Shown: positions 18,890 through 28,051, counted from the stretch's first letter. The stretch is 64,000 bases of DNA from an uncultured Candidatus Saccharibacteria bacterium (GCA_964507665.1 CAZDPT010000003.1:3210-67209), one strand, 5' to 3'. Program-made: numbers and translations. The notes: generated from the letters alone by a model not told the origin.

Positions 18890-19454
18890 ATTCTTTGTGT
18901 ACTTTGCTTTCGCCAGGATGCTTATTCTTTAAATATTTAGCGTTTTTCCTTTTGTAATAAGGTTTTTTGCTAGGGGAAGATAATTTTTGGAAAACAAGTT
19001 GACAGATTCTCATATGAGGATAAAGCAAAATAGGAAGATTGCCAATATTTGACATTTCAAGAGTAATTTTTCCCTGAAAACCAGGATCAATATGACCTGC
19101 TGTTGAATGAATAACAATTCCCAATCTGCCCAAACTACTTTTTCCATCAATTCTTGCACTTATGTCATCTGGTAGAGAAACCTCCTCAAGTGTCACAGCT
19201 AGAATAAACTGATTTGGTTGGAAAATAACTGGTTCTGAATTTTTTATTTTAATTAAACGAGTAATATTTTTAAAGGTTTTTCTTTCCCGAACATCAATAA
19301 AAGGACACTTAGTGTCCTCAAAAAGTCGAAATTCTTTACCTAGCCTTAAATCTAAAGATGCTGAAGAGAGTTGTTTTTTTAGATTAGGCTTTGGATTAAT
19401 TTTTACTTTTCCCTGTTTAATGTATCTTTTTATATCTTGGTCAGAAAGAATCAT
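18876..19454 (-). CDS. dcd: dCTP deaminase
   Basis: MILSDQDIK N-terminus plus GKSSLGRLG and ITLEMSN motifs of the dCTP deaminase/dUTPase fold; 192 aa. Confidence 0.88.
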   Translation of the reverse strand: MILSDQDIKRYIKQGKVKINPKPNLKKQLSSASLDLRLGKEFRLFEDTKCPFIDVRERKTFKNITRLIKIKNSEPVIFQPNQFILAVTLEEVSLPDDISARIDGKSSLGRLGIVIHSTAGHIDPGFQGKITLEMSNIGNLPILLYPHMRICQLVFQKLSSPSKKPYYKRKNAKYLKNKHPGESKVHKEYEEK

Positions 19455-19492
19455 ATTGTTTGAGTATTATTAAAATTAATAAAAATAAGAAA

Positions 19493-19912
19493 TTATTCAA
19501 TAGTAATTCCCATATTTTGAGCTGTTCCCTCAACTATTTTTATTGCTTGTTTAATATCTTCGGTATTAAGATCTTTAAGTTTCTGTTGAGCGATTTCTTT
19601 CAATTGAGATCGGCTTATCTTCCCTACTTTCTCCTTCTGGGGTTCTCCTGAACCTTTCTCTATACCAGCTGCTTTCTTCAAAAGTTCTGAGGTTAGAGGA
19701 GTTTTCACATTAAATTTATAAGTTCTATCTTCAAAAATAGTGATTTTAACTGGAATAGTAAAACCTGCTTTATCTTTAGTAGCATCATTAAATTTTTGAC
19801 AAAAATCTGAAATATTTATCCCATGCTGAGCTAAAGCAGGACCCACTGGAGGAGCTGGAGTTGCTTTTCCCGCTGGAATTTGAAGTTTAACTTTAGCTTT
19901 TACTTTTTTCAT
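19493..19912 (-). CDS. rplK: 50S ribosomal protein L11
   Basis: [26 protein letters not shown] motif. Confidence 0.95.
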   Translation of the reverse strand: MKKVKAKVKLQIPAGKATPAPPVGPALAQHGINISDFCQKFNDATKDKAGFTIPVKITIFEDRTYKFNVKTPLTSELLKKAAGIEKGSGEPQKEKVGKISRSQLKEIAQQKLKDLNTEDIKQAIKIVEGTAQNMGITIE

Positions 19913-19928
19913 AATTTGAAGATAAACT

Positions 19929-20474
19929 TTATAATTTTTTTATTTGAAGAGAATCTAGTTCAACTGGTGTATCTCGTCCAAACATATTAACTAAAACTTT
20001 TATCTTTCCTTTTTCCTCGTCAACTTCTGCTACCTTACCTTCAAAATCTTTAAAAGGACCATCAATAATCTTTACGTGATCGCCTTTTTTAACTTCTATC
20101 TTGTATTGAGGCTCCTCAACACTCATTCTCTCCTTTAAATTTTCCACTTCCTCTCTGGAAATAGGAATTGGAGTAGTCCCTGCTCCAATAAATCCAGTAA
20201 CTCTAGGGGTGTTTCTTACCACATACCAGGAATCATCATCTACTATCATTTCAACTAATACATAACCGGGATAAATTTTTTCCTCAACTGTTTTCCTTTT
20301 TCCTTTTTTAATCTTAATTTTCTTTTCTTTGGGCACTAGAACATTAAAAATTTTATCTTCCATACCTAAACTTTCGATACGTTTTTTTAAGTTCTTAGCT
20401 ACCGCATCCTCATAACCAGAATAGGTATGAATAACATACCAGTTTTTATCTTGTTTTATTCTTTGTTTGGGCAT
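19929..20474 (-). CDS. nusG: transcription antitermination factor NusG
   Basis: [17 protein letters not shown] domain and a KOW C-terminus. Confidence 0.93.
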   Translation of the reverse strand: MPKQRIKQDKNWYVIHTYSGYEDAVAKNLKKRIESLGMEDKIFNVLVPKEKKIKIKKGKRKTVEEKIYPGYVLVEMIVDDDSWYVVRNTPRVTGFIGAGTTPIPISREEVENLKERMSVEEPQYKIEVKKGDHVKIIDGPFKDFEGKVAEVDEEKGKIKVLVNMFGRDTPVELDSLQIKKL

Positions 20475-20511
20475 ACTTTACTTTTAAAAATGATTTATTA
20501 GAAATAAAACT

Positions 20512-20709
20512 TTATAATATAAATTCTTTTATCAAAGTAGCAAAAATGAAATCTAACCCTCCCAGGAAGGCAGCCACTGATACTGCAACTCCAATTACAA
20601 TCATAGTATATTTAAAAACCTCTTGGCGAGAGAGCCAATTTATTTTTTTTATTTGTAACCAAACTTCCTTAAAAAAATTAATTATTTTTCTTAAAAAATT
20701 CTGTTTCAT
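20512..20709 (-). CDS. secE: preprotein translocase subunit SecE
   Basis: 65 aa, single TM helix, conserved position upstream of nusG, VWLQIKKINWLSRQEV motif. Confidence 0.85.
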   Translation of the reverse strand: MKQNFLRKIINFFKEVWLQIKKINWLSRQEVFKYTMIVIGVAVSVAAFLGGLDFIFATLIKEFIL

Positions 20710-20817
20710 TTACTTTTTTTATTACTATTTTTCCAGAGATTTTCTTTGATTTTTCTTTAAAATACTCCATTAATTTTACAAAAAAAATCTTTAAGTGTCA
20801 ATTTTCTTTATCTTCTT

Positions 20818-23800
20818 TTATACATCTAAGTTCTTTACTGTTTTAGCATGAGTTTGGATAAACTTTTTTCGGGGTAACACTTCTTTTCCCATTAAAATAT
20901 CAAAGATTTTATCTGCTTCTTCTGCATCATCAATAGTAACTTTCAATAATGTTCTATTTTCAGGATTCATTGTAGTTTTCCATAACTGGGAAGGGTTCAT
21001 TTCCCCCAACCCCTTATATCTTTGAATAGAAGGTTTAGCTTTTTTACTTAACGATTTTAATATCTTTTTCTTCTCTTTTTCAGCATAGGCATATTTTATC
21101 TTCTTGCCTACCTTAATTTGATAAAGAGGAGGTTGAGCTATATAGAGATAGCCTTTTTCAATAACCGGGCGGAAATAACGGAAAAACAAAGTCAGAAGTA
21201 AAGTTCGAATATGAGCTCCATCAGTATTTTTCAATAAAATTCCTCCGGGCCCAGCTATAAAATTCTGATCTTTCCAAACAGAGAAATCATAAACAAACTT
21301 ATCTTCTGTCTTTACTTTTTGGTTTTTTTTAACCTTTAACAATACAAAGTCTTCTGAAAAGGGTTTAATATATTTCCCAATGACTTTTTTGTAATTTACT
21401 TTTTTAAGATATTGATTAAGTTTCCAGGCATCTTTGTGTTTTTGCCAAATTGATCTAGTTTTCAATAAGTATTCTACTGTAGAAATTGATAAATCATACG
21501 ATTTAAAATTAGAACGGATAATTTTTCCATCTTTTCTGGGATGATCTTTAGTTTTGGAAACAGTATAGGCTGGAAATATTTCCTGTTGTCTAAAAATAGT
21601 AAGAATTCCTTGAATAAGTTTTTTAGAACTCAATCTCCAGCCATAAATAGCTTTACTGGCTTTTTCTGGTTTTGGCCAAACAGTAATAAAACCATCACTC
21701 TGGAGTAATCCTTTCAGTAAGGCCTGCTGAATCTCTTTTTTAACATTAAAGAAAATATTAGGAATAAATTTCTCAGGAGCTCTTTTCTCTAAAAGACCAA
21801 ATTTCATCAAAAGAAGTTTAAATTCAAAACAATGAAATGTAAACAAAATGCTTGTTTTTTTTCTGTCTAAAATGGGTTTAGCTTTAAATTTTTCTTTTAT
21901 AATCCGAGAAAGTTCTTTTATATATTTATTTGACGCCTTTTTATTTAAAGAAATTAGAAATCTATTAGGGCTACCTTCTTCTGGTGAGAAACATCCGTCT
22001 CCTAAAAACATTCCAATTAGATAAGCTAAATCTTTATCTAATTTAAATTGAGTTTTTAAAACTCTGCTATGATTTTCGTAGTAGATTTGAGCATTTTTAG
22101 GAAGGGTTCTTTGCCCCCACTGATTTATTGGGATATAAACATTATAATCTAATTTTTGGTTCTTAACTCTAATTTGATTTAAATAATCTTTAAATTGATA
22201 GAATCTTGGCATTACATTATCAATTTTTTGTTCCCATTGTTGAATAATTTTGTCATATATTCTAATTCTTTTACCCATCTTGTTTCGAGAAATACCTACT
22301 AATTCTCTCTGCTGTTGAAGTTTATTCCAAGAAGAAAGATTTAATTGACACCAAGCCATTGCTGGAATTTGCTTTATTCGGTCTTTAGAAACTTTAATAG
22401 AAATGTTTGAAAAATTAGAATTCAGAATCACATTTTTCAAATCAACAGTATATTCCTTATCTTGGCTTGGAAAAGATTTGGGAAAGGCAAGATAATCACC
22501 TTCTTTAACTTTACTTCCCTTTTTTACTATAAGTTTTCCATCTTGATAGACATAAACACTATGACAAGAAGTAACCTTTACTGAGTAGCCACAATAAGTT
22601 CTTATTTCATAAATAGGGGTTCTACGAGGATGTCTTATGGTTTGATAAATTTCCTTTAATTCTCTTTTTTTATTTTTTGAATTATAAGTTAAAACTTGAT
22701 ACCTAGTGGTATCATCACAATTTTCTATAAATTCTCCAACTTCGGTTAAGAAGAATTTTTGTTTCGCTTTGTCATAGATAAAAATAGGAGTATCTCCTGT
22801 TATAGAGTCCGCATCAGCCATAATCACTACCCGATGATATCTTAGTTTATCCAAATTAAAATCTTCAGCAATTGCTGTTCCTAAGGCAATAATCAATGAT
22901 TTGAGTTCTTTGTTACTTAAAATTTTATCTAATCTTGCTCTCTCAACATTTAAAACTTTTCCTCTCAAGGGTAAAATTGCCTGGAAGTGACGGTCTCTTC
23001 CTTGACGACTACTTCCTCCTGCTGAATCACCCTCAACAATGTAAAGTTCTGATTCTTCAGGTTTCTTAGAAATACAATCAGCTAATTTTCCGGGTAAAGT
23101 CAGCCCTTTTAGAACTCCTTTTCTTAAGACAGTGTCTCGGGCAGCTCGAGCTGCTTTTCTAGCTTTAGCAGCCAAAATACAATTCTTAATAATTGCTTTA
23201 GCATCTCTTGGTTTTCTTTCTAAGAAATCTTTTAATTTTTGTGAAACAACTGTTTCAACAGCACTTTTTGCCTCAGGATTGCCTAATTTAGCTTTGGTTT
23301 GACCTTCAAACTGGGGGTCTTTTAATTTTACTGAAACTATTGCAGTCAATCCTTCCCTTATATCAGATCCTGTTAAATTATTATCGCTCTCTTTAAGAAT
23401 TTTTTCCCTTCTGGCATAGTCATTTATAGTTCTTGTAAGGGCGGTTCTGAATCCAGTAAGATGACTTCCTCCATCCTCTGTTAAAACATTATTAGCAAAA
23501 GTTTCTTCTAGGCGCTCTGTCTCTTCGGTATATTGAAAAGCAACCTCCACCATTACATTATCTTTCTTATCAGAAGTATAAAAAACATTCTGGTGCCTGG
23601 GTGTATTTCCACGAATTAAATACTTGATATAGGAACGAAGTCCTCCTTCAAAATAGAAAGTATAGTTAAATTCCTGGCCTTCTTCTTTATCCTTTTTTCT
23701 TTTATCTTGAAATTTTATCTTCACTCCTTTAGTTAAATAGGCTTGTTGACGGAGATAATTTAATATCTTTTTACGACTGAAAGAAATTTTCTTGAAAATT

Positions 23801-24423
23801 TCAGGGTCAGGTTGAAAAATAATAGTGGTACCAGACTTTTTACACTTACCTGATTTTTCAAGCTTAGTTTTAGCTTTTCCTTTAGAATACTCCTGAAAGT
23901 ACTTTTTACCATCACGACAAACTTCAGCTCTCATATTCTTTGATAAAGCACAAACTGCCGAAACCCCTATCCCATGCAACCCTCCAGTTGAAGCGTAAAC
24001 CTTACCTCCAAACTTTGCTCCCGCATGTAAGGTAGTCATAACTGTTTCCAGGGCCGACTTTTTAGTTTGAGGATGTTTATCTACTGGAATTCCTCTTCCA
24101 TCATCACTTATCTTTACTTTATTATCTGGTAAAAGTTTTACTACAATTTCATCACAATATCCCATTATGGCTTCATCAATTCCATTACAAACTGCTTCCC
24201 AGATTAAATGGTGGAGTCCTTGAGAGCCGGTTGAACCAATATACATCCCAGGCCTTTTCCGGACTGGATCAAGCCCCTTTAAAACATAAATATCTTTGGC
24301 TTTGTATTCTGACTTCTTTTTGGTCTTCTCTCTCTTTTTAGTTTTCTTTTTTGAAGAAGATTTTTTGCTAGACTTCTTCTTTTTAGACTTCTTCTTTTTT
24401 TTAGACTTTTTCTTTTTAGCCAT
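20818..24423 (-). CDS. gyrB: DNA gyrase subunit B, interrupted by an in-frame intein, with a Lys-rich N-terminal extension
   Basis: GHKL ATPase (HHLIWEAVCNGIDEA, DDGRGIP, GGLHGIG), Toprim (LYIVEGDSAGGS) and C-terminal YKGLGEMNP. 1201 aa, of which 527 are intein. Confidence 0.95.
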   Translation of the reverse strand: MAKKKKSKKKKKSKKKKSSKKSSSKKKTKKREKTKKKSEYKAKDIYVLKGLDPVRKRPGMYIGSTGSQGLHHLIWEAVCNGIDEAIMGYCDEIVVKLLPDNKVKISDDGRGIPVDKHPQTKKSALETVMTTLHAGAKFGGKVYASTGGLHGIGVSAVCALSKNMRAEVCRDGKKYFQEYSKGKAKTKLEKSGKCKKSGTTIIFQPDPEIFKKISFSRKKILNYLRQQAYLTKGVKIKFQDKRKKDKEEGQEFNYTFYFEGGLRSYIKYLIRGNTPRHQNVFYTSDKKDNVMVEVAFQYTEETERLEETFANNVLTEDGGSHLTGFRTALTRTINDYARREKILKESDNNLTGSDIREGLTAIVSVKLKDPQFEGQTKAKLGNPEAKSAVETVVSQKLKDFLERKPRDAKAIIKNCILAAKARKAARAARDTVLRKGVLKGLTLPGKLADCISKKPEESELYIVEGDSAGGSSRQGRDRHFQAILPLRGKVLNVERARLDKILSNKELKSLIIALGTAIAEDFNLDKLRYHRVVIMADADSITGDTPIFIYDKAKQKFFLTEVGEFIENCDDTTRYQVLTYNSKNKKRELKEIYQTIRHPRRTPIYEIRTYCGYSVKVTSCHSVYVYQDGKLIVKKGSKVKEGDYLAFPKSFPSQDKEYTVDLKNVILNSNFSNISIKVSKDRIKQIPAMAWCQLNLSSWNKLQQQRELVGISRNKMGKRIRIYDKIIQQWEQKIDNVMPRFYQFKDYLNQIRVKNQKLDYNVYIPINQWGQRTLPKNAQIYYENHSRVLKTQFKLDKDLAYLIGMFLGDGCFSPEEGSPNRFLISLNKKASNKYIKELSRIIKEKFKAKPILDRKKTSILFTFHCFEFKLLLMKFGLLEKRAPEKFIPNIFFNVKKEIQQALLKGLLQSDGFITVWPKPEKASKAIYGWRLSSKKLIQGILTIFRQQEIFPAYTVSKTKDHPRKDGKIIRSNFKSYDLSISTVEYLLKTRSIWQKHKDAWKLNQYLKKVNYKKVIGKYIKPFSEDFVLLKVKKNQKVKTEDKFVYDFSVWKDQNFIAGPGGILLKNTDGAHIRTLLLTLFFRYFRPVIEKGYLYIAQPPLYQIKVGKKIKYAYAEKEKKKILKSLSKKAKPSIQRYKGLGEMNPSQLWKTTMNPENRTLLKVTIDDAEEADKIFDILMGKEVLPRKKFIQTHAKTVKNLDV
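21226..22806 (-). mobile_element. intein with LAGLIDADG homing-endonuclease domain inside gyrB (residues 540-1066)
   Basis: It splits the Toprim motif IMADAD / TDGAHIRTL. It starts SITGDTPIF, has the TxxH block (VTSCHSV) and two LAGLIDADG motifs (LAYLIGMFLGDGCF, LLKGLLQSDGFI), and ends GILLKN followed by Thr. Confidence 0.85.
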
Positions 24424-24445
24424 GTTTTAATAGTTAATTTATATA

Positions 24446-26530
24446 TTATTTCCTCACCTTCCACTGAGGATTTTTTTCTAATTCTCTTATTATTTTTTTA
24501 TGAATCCCATCAATTTCTTTTGAAGTTAAGGTTCTATCTTCTGCTTGGTAAATTACATGGAAAGCCAAATTCTTTCTACCCCTGGGTAGGTTTTCTCCCA
24601 CATATTCATCAAAAAGGTCAATATCTCTGACTAACTTTCCTCCGGCTGTGTTCATTAAATTAAGAACTTCAGCTACTTTAATATCAATAGGAACCAAAAC
24701 AGCCAGGTCTCTCACCGCAGAAGGATAAACTGAGATAGGTTGATATTCTTGTTCTTCTGTTGCTAAATTCTTCAGTTTTCCAAAATCTATATCAAACAAT
24801 ACAATTTTACCGGAAAGTTTCAATTTTTTACAAACACTAGGGTTAATTTCTCCCAAGAATCCAATTTCTTCATCTCCTACCTTAAGTTCAGCACATCTTT
24901 CCTTATTCCAAACAGATTTTTTGCTCTCTTCTGGTGTTGGCTCGAAGTCATCATACAAAATATTTGTTATTCCAAGTTTATTCAATAAAGAATCTATTGT
25001 CCCTTTAAGATTAAAAAAGATCTCAGATGATAATTTCGCTTCCTTGTCTGCTATAGTACCACTGAGCATATTTTTTTCAGAAAAATTATTCTTTAGAAAA
25101 ATCTTTCCTAGCTCAAACAACTTAATTCTTTTTGTATAAACTTTTTGAGAAATCCCTTTGAACTTTTGATTTTTTTCAATATTCCTCATTAAATTTGGAA
25201 TCAAACTTGATCTTAAATATTTCTGTTCCAAGCTTACTGGATTTTTAACTTGAATTAAATCTTCTTTTTTGTACCCAAAAATATCAGCTTCCTTATCACC
25301 AAAGAAAGAATAGTTATAAGTTTCAGTGAAACCGAATTCTTTCAAAATATCCTTTACCCTATTGCGCCAAAAAATATTAAAGTTTCTCTCCGGTGCTTTC
25401 ACCGACAAGACAGGAAAGATAGGTTTAATTTTCTCAAAACCTACAATTCTTCCAATCTCTTCAATTAAATCCTCGGGAATTAAGATATCCTGACGAAAAG
25501 TAGGAATTTCAACTGTTATACTTTTAGTAGTAGAAGCAACTATTTTAAATTCTAATGATTTAAAGGTTTTCTTAATTTTCTTTTTGGAAACTTTTTCACC
25601 AAGCAGTTTTTCAATATAATTAAGATCTAATTTAATTTTCTGACAAGAAACTCTTTTTTTGTATCTATCAATTATCTGAGATAATTTCGGATTTCCTCCT
25701 TCCTTTTTTAAAAGAAAAAATATTCTTTCCAAGGCCAACATAGTCAAATCAGGAGTTATACCTTGGGAGTAAATATTAGAAGCTTCTGTTTTGTGTTTAA
25801 GTTTTTTTGAGGCTTTGTATATAATTTCTCTGTCAAAGTTTGCTGCTTGTAAAATAATATTGTTAGTATTTTTATCAATTTGGCTTAATTTACCTCCCAT
25901 GATTCCTGCTAAATCGACTAATCTATCTTTCCCGTCTTCTGCTATGAGTGTTCCTTTATACAATTTTCTTTCCACCTCATCTAAGGTAATAATTTTTTCA
26001 CCTTTGTTTGATTTTCTCAGAATTAGTTTTTGTTTTTTAATCTTATCGTAATCAAAAGCATGTAGAGGTTGGTTTGTCTCCAACATTACGAAATTAGTTA
26101 AATCAACTATATTATTTATTGGTTTAATACCTACCGCTTTCAATCTTTCTTTTATCCAATTTGGAGATTGTGCTATATTAATATCTTTAATTACCAAAGC
26201 TGAATATCTAGGAACAAGAGAAGAATTTTTAATAACAATCTTAAGTTTGCTAAGATCTGTTTTCTCTGGGTCTAATTTTTCTCTCTCCAAATTATCATAA
26301 TTTACTATTTCTTTGTTCAAAATAGCACCAATCTCTCGAGCCATACCAATATGGCAGAAACAATCATAAGCTCTATCTGGTAAAATATCAATATCTAAAA
26401 TAAAGTCTTTATCTTGCTTCTTAACATCTTCAACTTCAAAACTGTGCATAGTTAAAACTTCAGCCAACTTCTTTGGCTTCGGAATTTCCCCTTTGATATA
26501 ATCTTTAAGCCAGTTGTAGGAAAATAACAT
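24446..26530 (-). CDS. pheT: phenylalanyl-tRNA synthetase beta subunit
   Basis: MLFSYNWLKDYI N-terminus; B3/4, B5 and FDX-ACB-like regions; 694 aa. Confidence 0.93.
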   Translation of the reverse strand: MLFSYNWLKDYIKGEIPKPKKLAEVLTMHSFEVEDVKKQDKDFILDIDILPDRAYDCFCHIGMAREIGAILNKEIVNYDNLEREKLDPEKTDLSKLKIVIKNSSLVPRYSALVIKDINIAQSPNWIKERLKAVGIKPINNIVDLTNFVMLETNQPLHAFDYDKIKKQKLILRKSNKGEKIITLDEVERKLYKGTLIAEDGKDRLVDLAGIMGGKLSQIDKNTNNIILQAANFDREIIYKASKKLKHKTEASNIYSQGITPDLTMLALERIFFLLKKEGGNPKLSQIIDRYKKRVSCQKIKLDLNYIEKLLGEKVSKKKIKKTFKSLEFKIVASTTKSITVEIPTFRQDILIPEDLIEEIGRIVGFEKIKPIFPVLSVKAPERNFNIFWRNRVKDILKEFGFTETYNYSFFGDKEADIFGYKKEDLIQVKNPVSLEQKYLRSSLIPNLMRNIEKNQKFKGISQKVYTKRIKLFELGKIFLKNNFSEKNMLSGTIADKEAKLSSEIFFNLKGTIDSLLNKLGITNILYDDFEPTPEESKKSVWNKERCAELKVGDEEIGFLGEINPSVCKKLKLSGKIVLFDIDFGKLKNLATEEQEYQPISVYPSAVRDLAVLVPIDIKVAEVLNLMNTAGGKLVRDIDLFDEYVGENLPRGRKNLAFHVIYQAEDRTLTSKEIDGIHKKIIRELEKNPQWKVRK

Positions 26531-26538
26531 ATTATACT

Positions 26539-27552
26539 TTAGAATTGGTTTAAAAATCTAAGATCACCCGAATAAAATAAACGAATATCTTCAATCTTAT
26601 ACTTCATCATCGCCAATCTATCCATTCCTATTCCAAAAGCAAAACCTTGCCAGTTTTTAGGATTTAAACCTCCTGCTTTTAATACATTAGGGTGAACCAT
26701 TCCAGCTCCTATCATCTCAACCCAACCGGTCTGGGAACAAACAGAACAACCTTCTCCTCCACAATTTACACAACTTACATCTATTTCAAAAGAGGGTTCG
26801 GTGAAAGGAAAAAAACTGGGTCTCATTCTAATTTTAGTTTCTTTACCAAAAAATCTTTTTAAAAACTCCCCAATTATAGCCCGAAAATTAGCTACCGAAA
26901 CTTCTTTATCTACCATCAATCCTTCGACTTGATAAAAATTGATTTCATGGGAAGCATCTGTTGCTTCATATCTAAAAATTCTTCCTGGAACAATAATTCG
27001 CAAAGGAGGGTTGTTTTTTTCCATATATCTTACCTGAACTGGAGAGGTATGAGTTCTCAAAAGTACTCCTTTCTTCTTGAGCCAAAGAGTATCCCATAAA
27101 TCTCTGGCGGGATGATTTTTAGGAATATTTAAAGCATCAAAATTATACTTCTCATTCTCAATTTCAGGACCTTCAACTACTGAAAATCCTAAATTTTGAA
27201 AGATTTTTTCAATTTTTCTCGAAACTAAAGTTAAAGGATGCAAGTGTCCTTGAGAAGGTTTTTTGCCCGGCTTTGTAATATCAATTTTTATTCTTGATTC
27301 TTGTTTCTTGCTCTGTGGCTGAATTTTTTTTGTTTTCTCTTTTATTTTCTTTTCCAAAAAATTCTTCAATTCATTTATTTTTTTCCCGGTCTTTTTTCTT
27401 TTCTGAGAAGACATTTCTTTTAAGGAACCGAAAAGTTTGGAAATTTTACCCTTTTTTCCTAAATATTCTTTAAAAATCTTGTCTAAACCTTCTAAATCTT
27501 CGGCTTTTTCAATCTTTTTTTGAATTTTATTCTTAATATTTTTTAAATCCAT
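26539..27552 (-). CDS. pheS: phenylalanyl-tRNA synthetase alpha subunit
   Basis: HPLT, FRYEATDASH and GFAFGIGMDRL class II motifs. I prefer the ATG at 27552 (MDLKNIKN) over the TTG at 27570 used by the ORF track. Confidence 0.9.
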   Translation of the reverse strand: MDLKNIKNKIQKKIEKAEDLEGLDKIFKEYLGKKGKISKLFGSLKEMSSQKRKKTGKKINELKNFLEKKIKEKTKKIQPQSKKQESRIKIDITKPGKKPSQGHLHPLTLVSRKIEKIFQNLGFSVVEGPEIENEKYNFDALNIPKNHPARDLWDTLWLKKKGVLLRTHTSPVQVRYMEKNNPPLRIIVPGRIFRYEATDASHEINFYQVEGLMVDKEVSVANFRAIIGEFLKRFFGKETKIRMRPSFFPFTEPSFEIDVSCVNCGGEGCSVCSQTGWVEMIGAGMVHPNVLKAGGLNPKNWQGFAFGIGMDRLAMMKYKIEDIRLFYSGDLRFLNQF

Positions 27553-27649
27553 AAATAAAAAATAAGGCAAAGATTTATGTTCTATTTTTATCTCTCTTTA
27601 CCTTTATTTTACCTTAAAACCCGCTTAAATTCAAGTTGTGGAAAACCCT

Positions 27650-27692
27650 AAAATAAAAGAAACCCTACCAAAGATTTGTCTTTTAGAGGGTT
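27650..27692 (-). terminator. possible terminator after the tRNA cluster
   Basis: AACCCT/AGGGTT stem (27661-27666/27687-27692) with an inner AAAGA/TCTTT helix, followed on the minus strand by a T-rich run. Confidence 0.4.
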
Positions 27693-27706
27693 ATTTTTAA
27701 AATATG

Positions 27707-27780
27707 CGGGGACGACCGGACTTGAACCGGCAACCTTCGCTGTGACAAAGCGATGATCTATCCAATTGATCTACGTCCCC
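27707..27780 (-). tRNA. tRNA-Asp (GTC)
   Basis: Canonical cloverleaf read by hand: GGGGACG acceptor, TTGTCAC anticodon loop, GCCGG-TTCAAGT-CCGGT T-arm, discriminator G. CCA is not encoded. Confidence 0.9.
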
Positions 27781-27826
27781 TTATAATTATGAATTCTTGT
27801 TATGAAAAATTATCACCCAGCCCATA

Positions 27827-27901
27827 TGCCGGTGGTGGGATTCGAACCCAACGACCTAAGCCTTATGAAGACTCCGCTCTAAACCTCTGAGCTACACCGG
27901 C
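27827..27901 (-). tRNA. tRNA-Met or tRNA-Ile2 (CAT), elongator type
   Basis: GCCGGTG/CACCGGC acceptor with G1-C72, D-arm GCTC-AGAGGTTTA-GAGC, anticodon loop TTCATAA, T-loop TTCGAAT. CCA is not encoded. Confidence 0.85.
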
Positions 27902-27944
27902 ATCAGCGAAGTAGTTTTAATCTTACCTCGCAAAATAAAATATG

Positions 27945-28015
27945 TCGCGCCGTCTGGAATTGCACCAGAGCCTCGAGCTTATGGGACTCGCGAGGTACTA
28001 CTCCTCCACGGCGCT
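27945..28015 (-). tRNA. atypical tRNA (CAT), possibly the initiator tRNA
   Basis: The cloverleaf folds but has an A1xG72 mismatch, an A11:U24 pair, anticodon loop CCCATAA (C33), T-loop TGCAATT, D-loop AGTAGTA and a 4-nt variable loop. See findings. Confidence 0.6.
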
Positions 28016-28022
28016 AAATAAA

Positions 28023-28051
28023 ATGTTATCACAAAAAAAAGGAGGAGTCAA
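28023..28051 (-). promoter_or_regulatory. sigma70-like promoter of the tRNA cluster
   Basis: Minus strand: TTGACT (28051-28046), 17-nt spacer, TAACAT (28028-28023). The tRNA 5' end at 28015 is 8 nt past the -10. Confidence 0.5.

Noticed and set aside
27553-27570. Upstream non-ATG starts proposed by the ORF track: pheS TTG 27570, rplF GTG 56096 and rplP TTG 58885.
   Set aside because: Each has an ATG a few codons downstream that gives the conserved ortholog N-terminus (MDLKN..., [17 protein letters not shown]). The start choice remains uncertain by a few codons.
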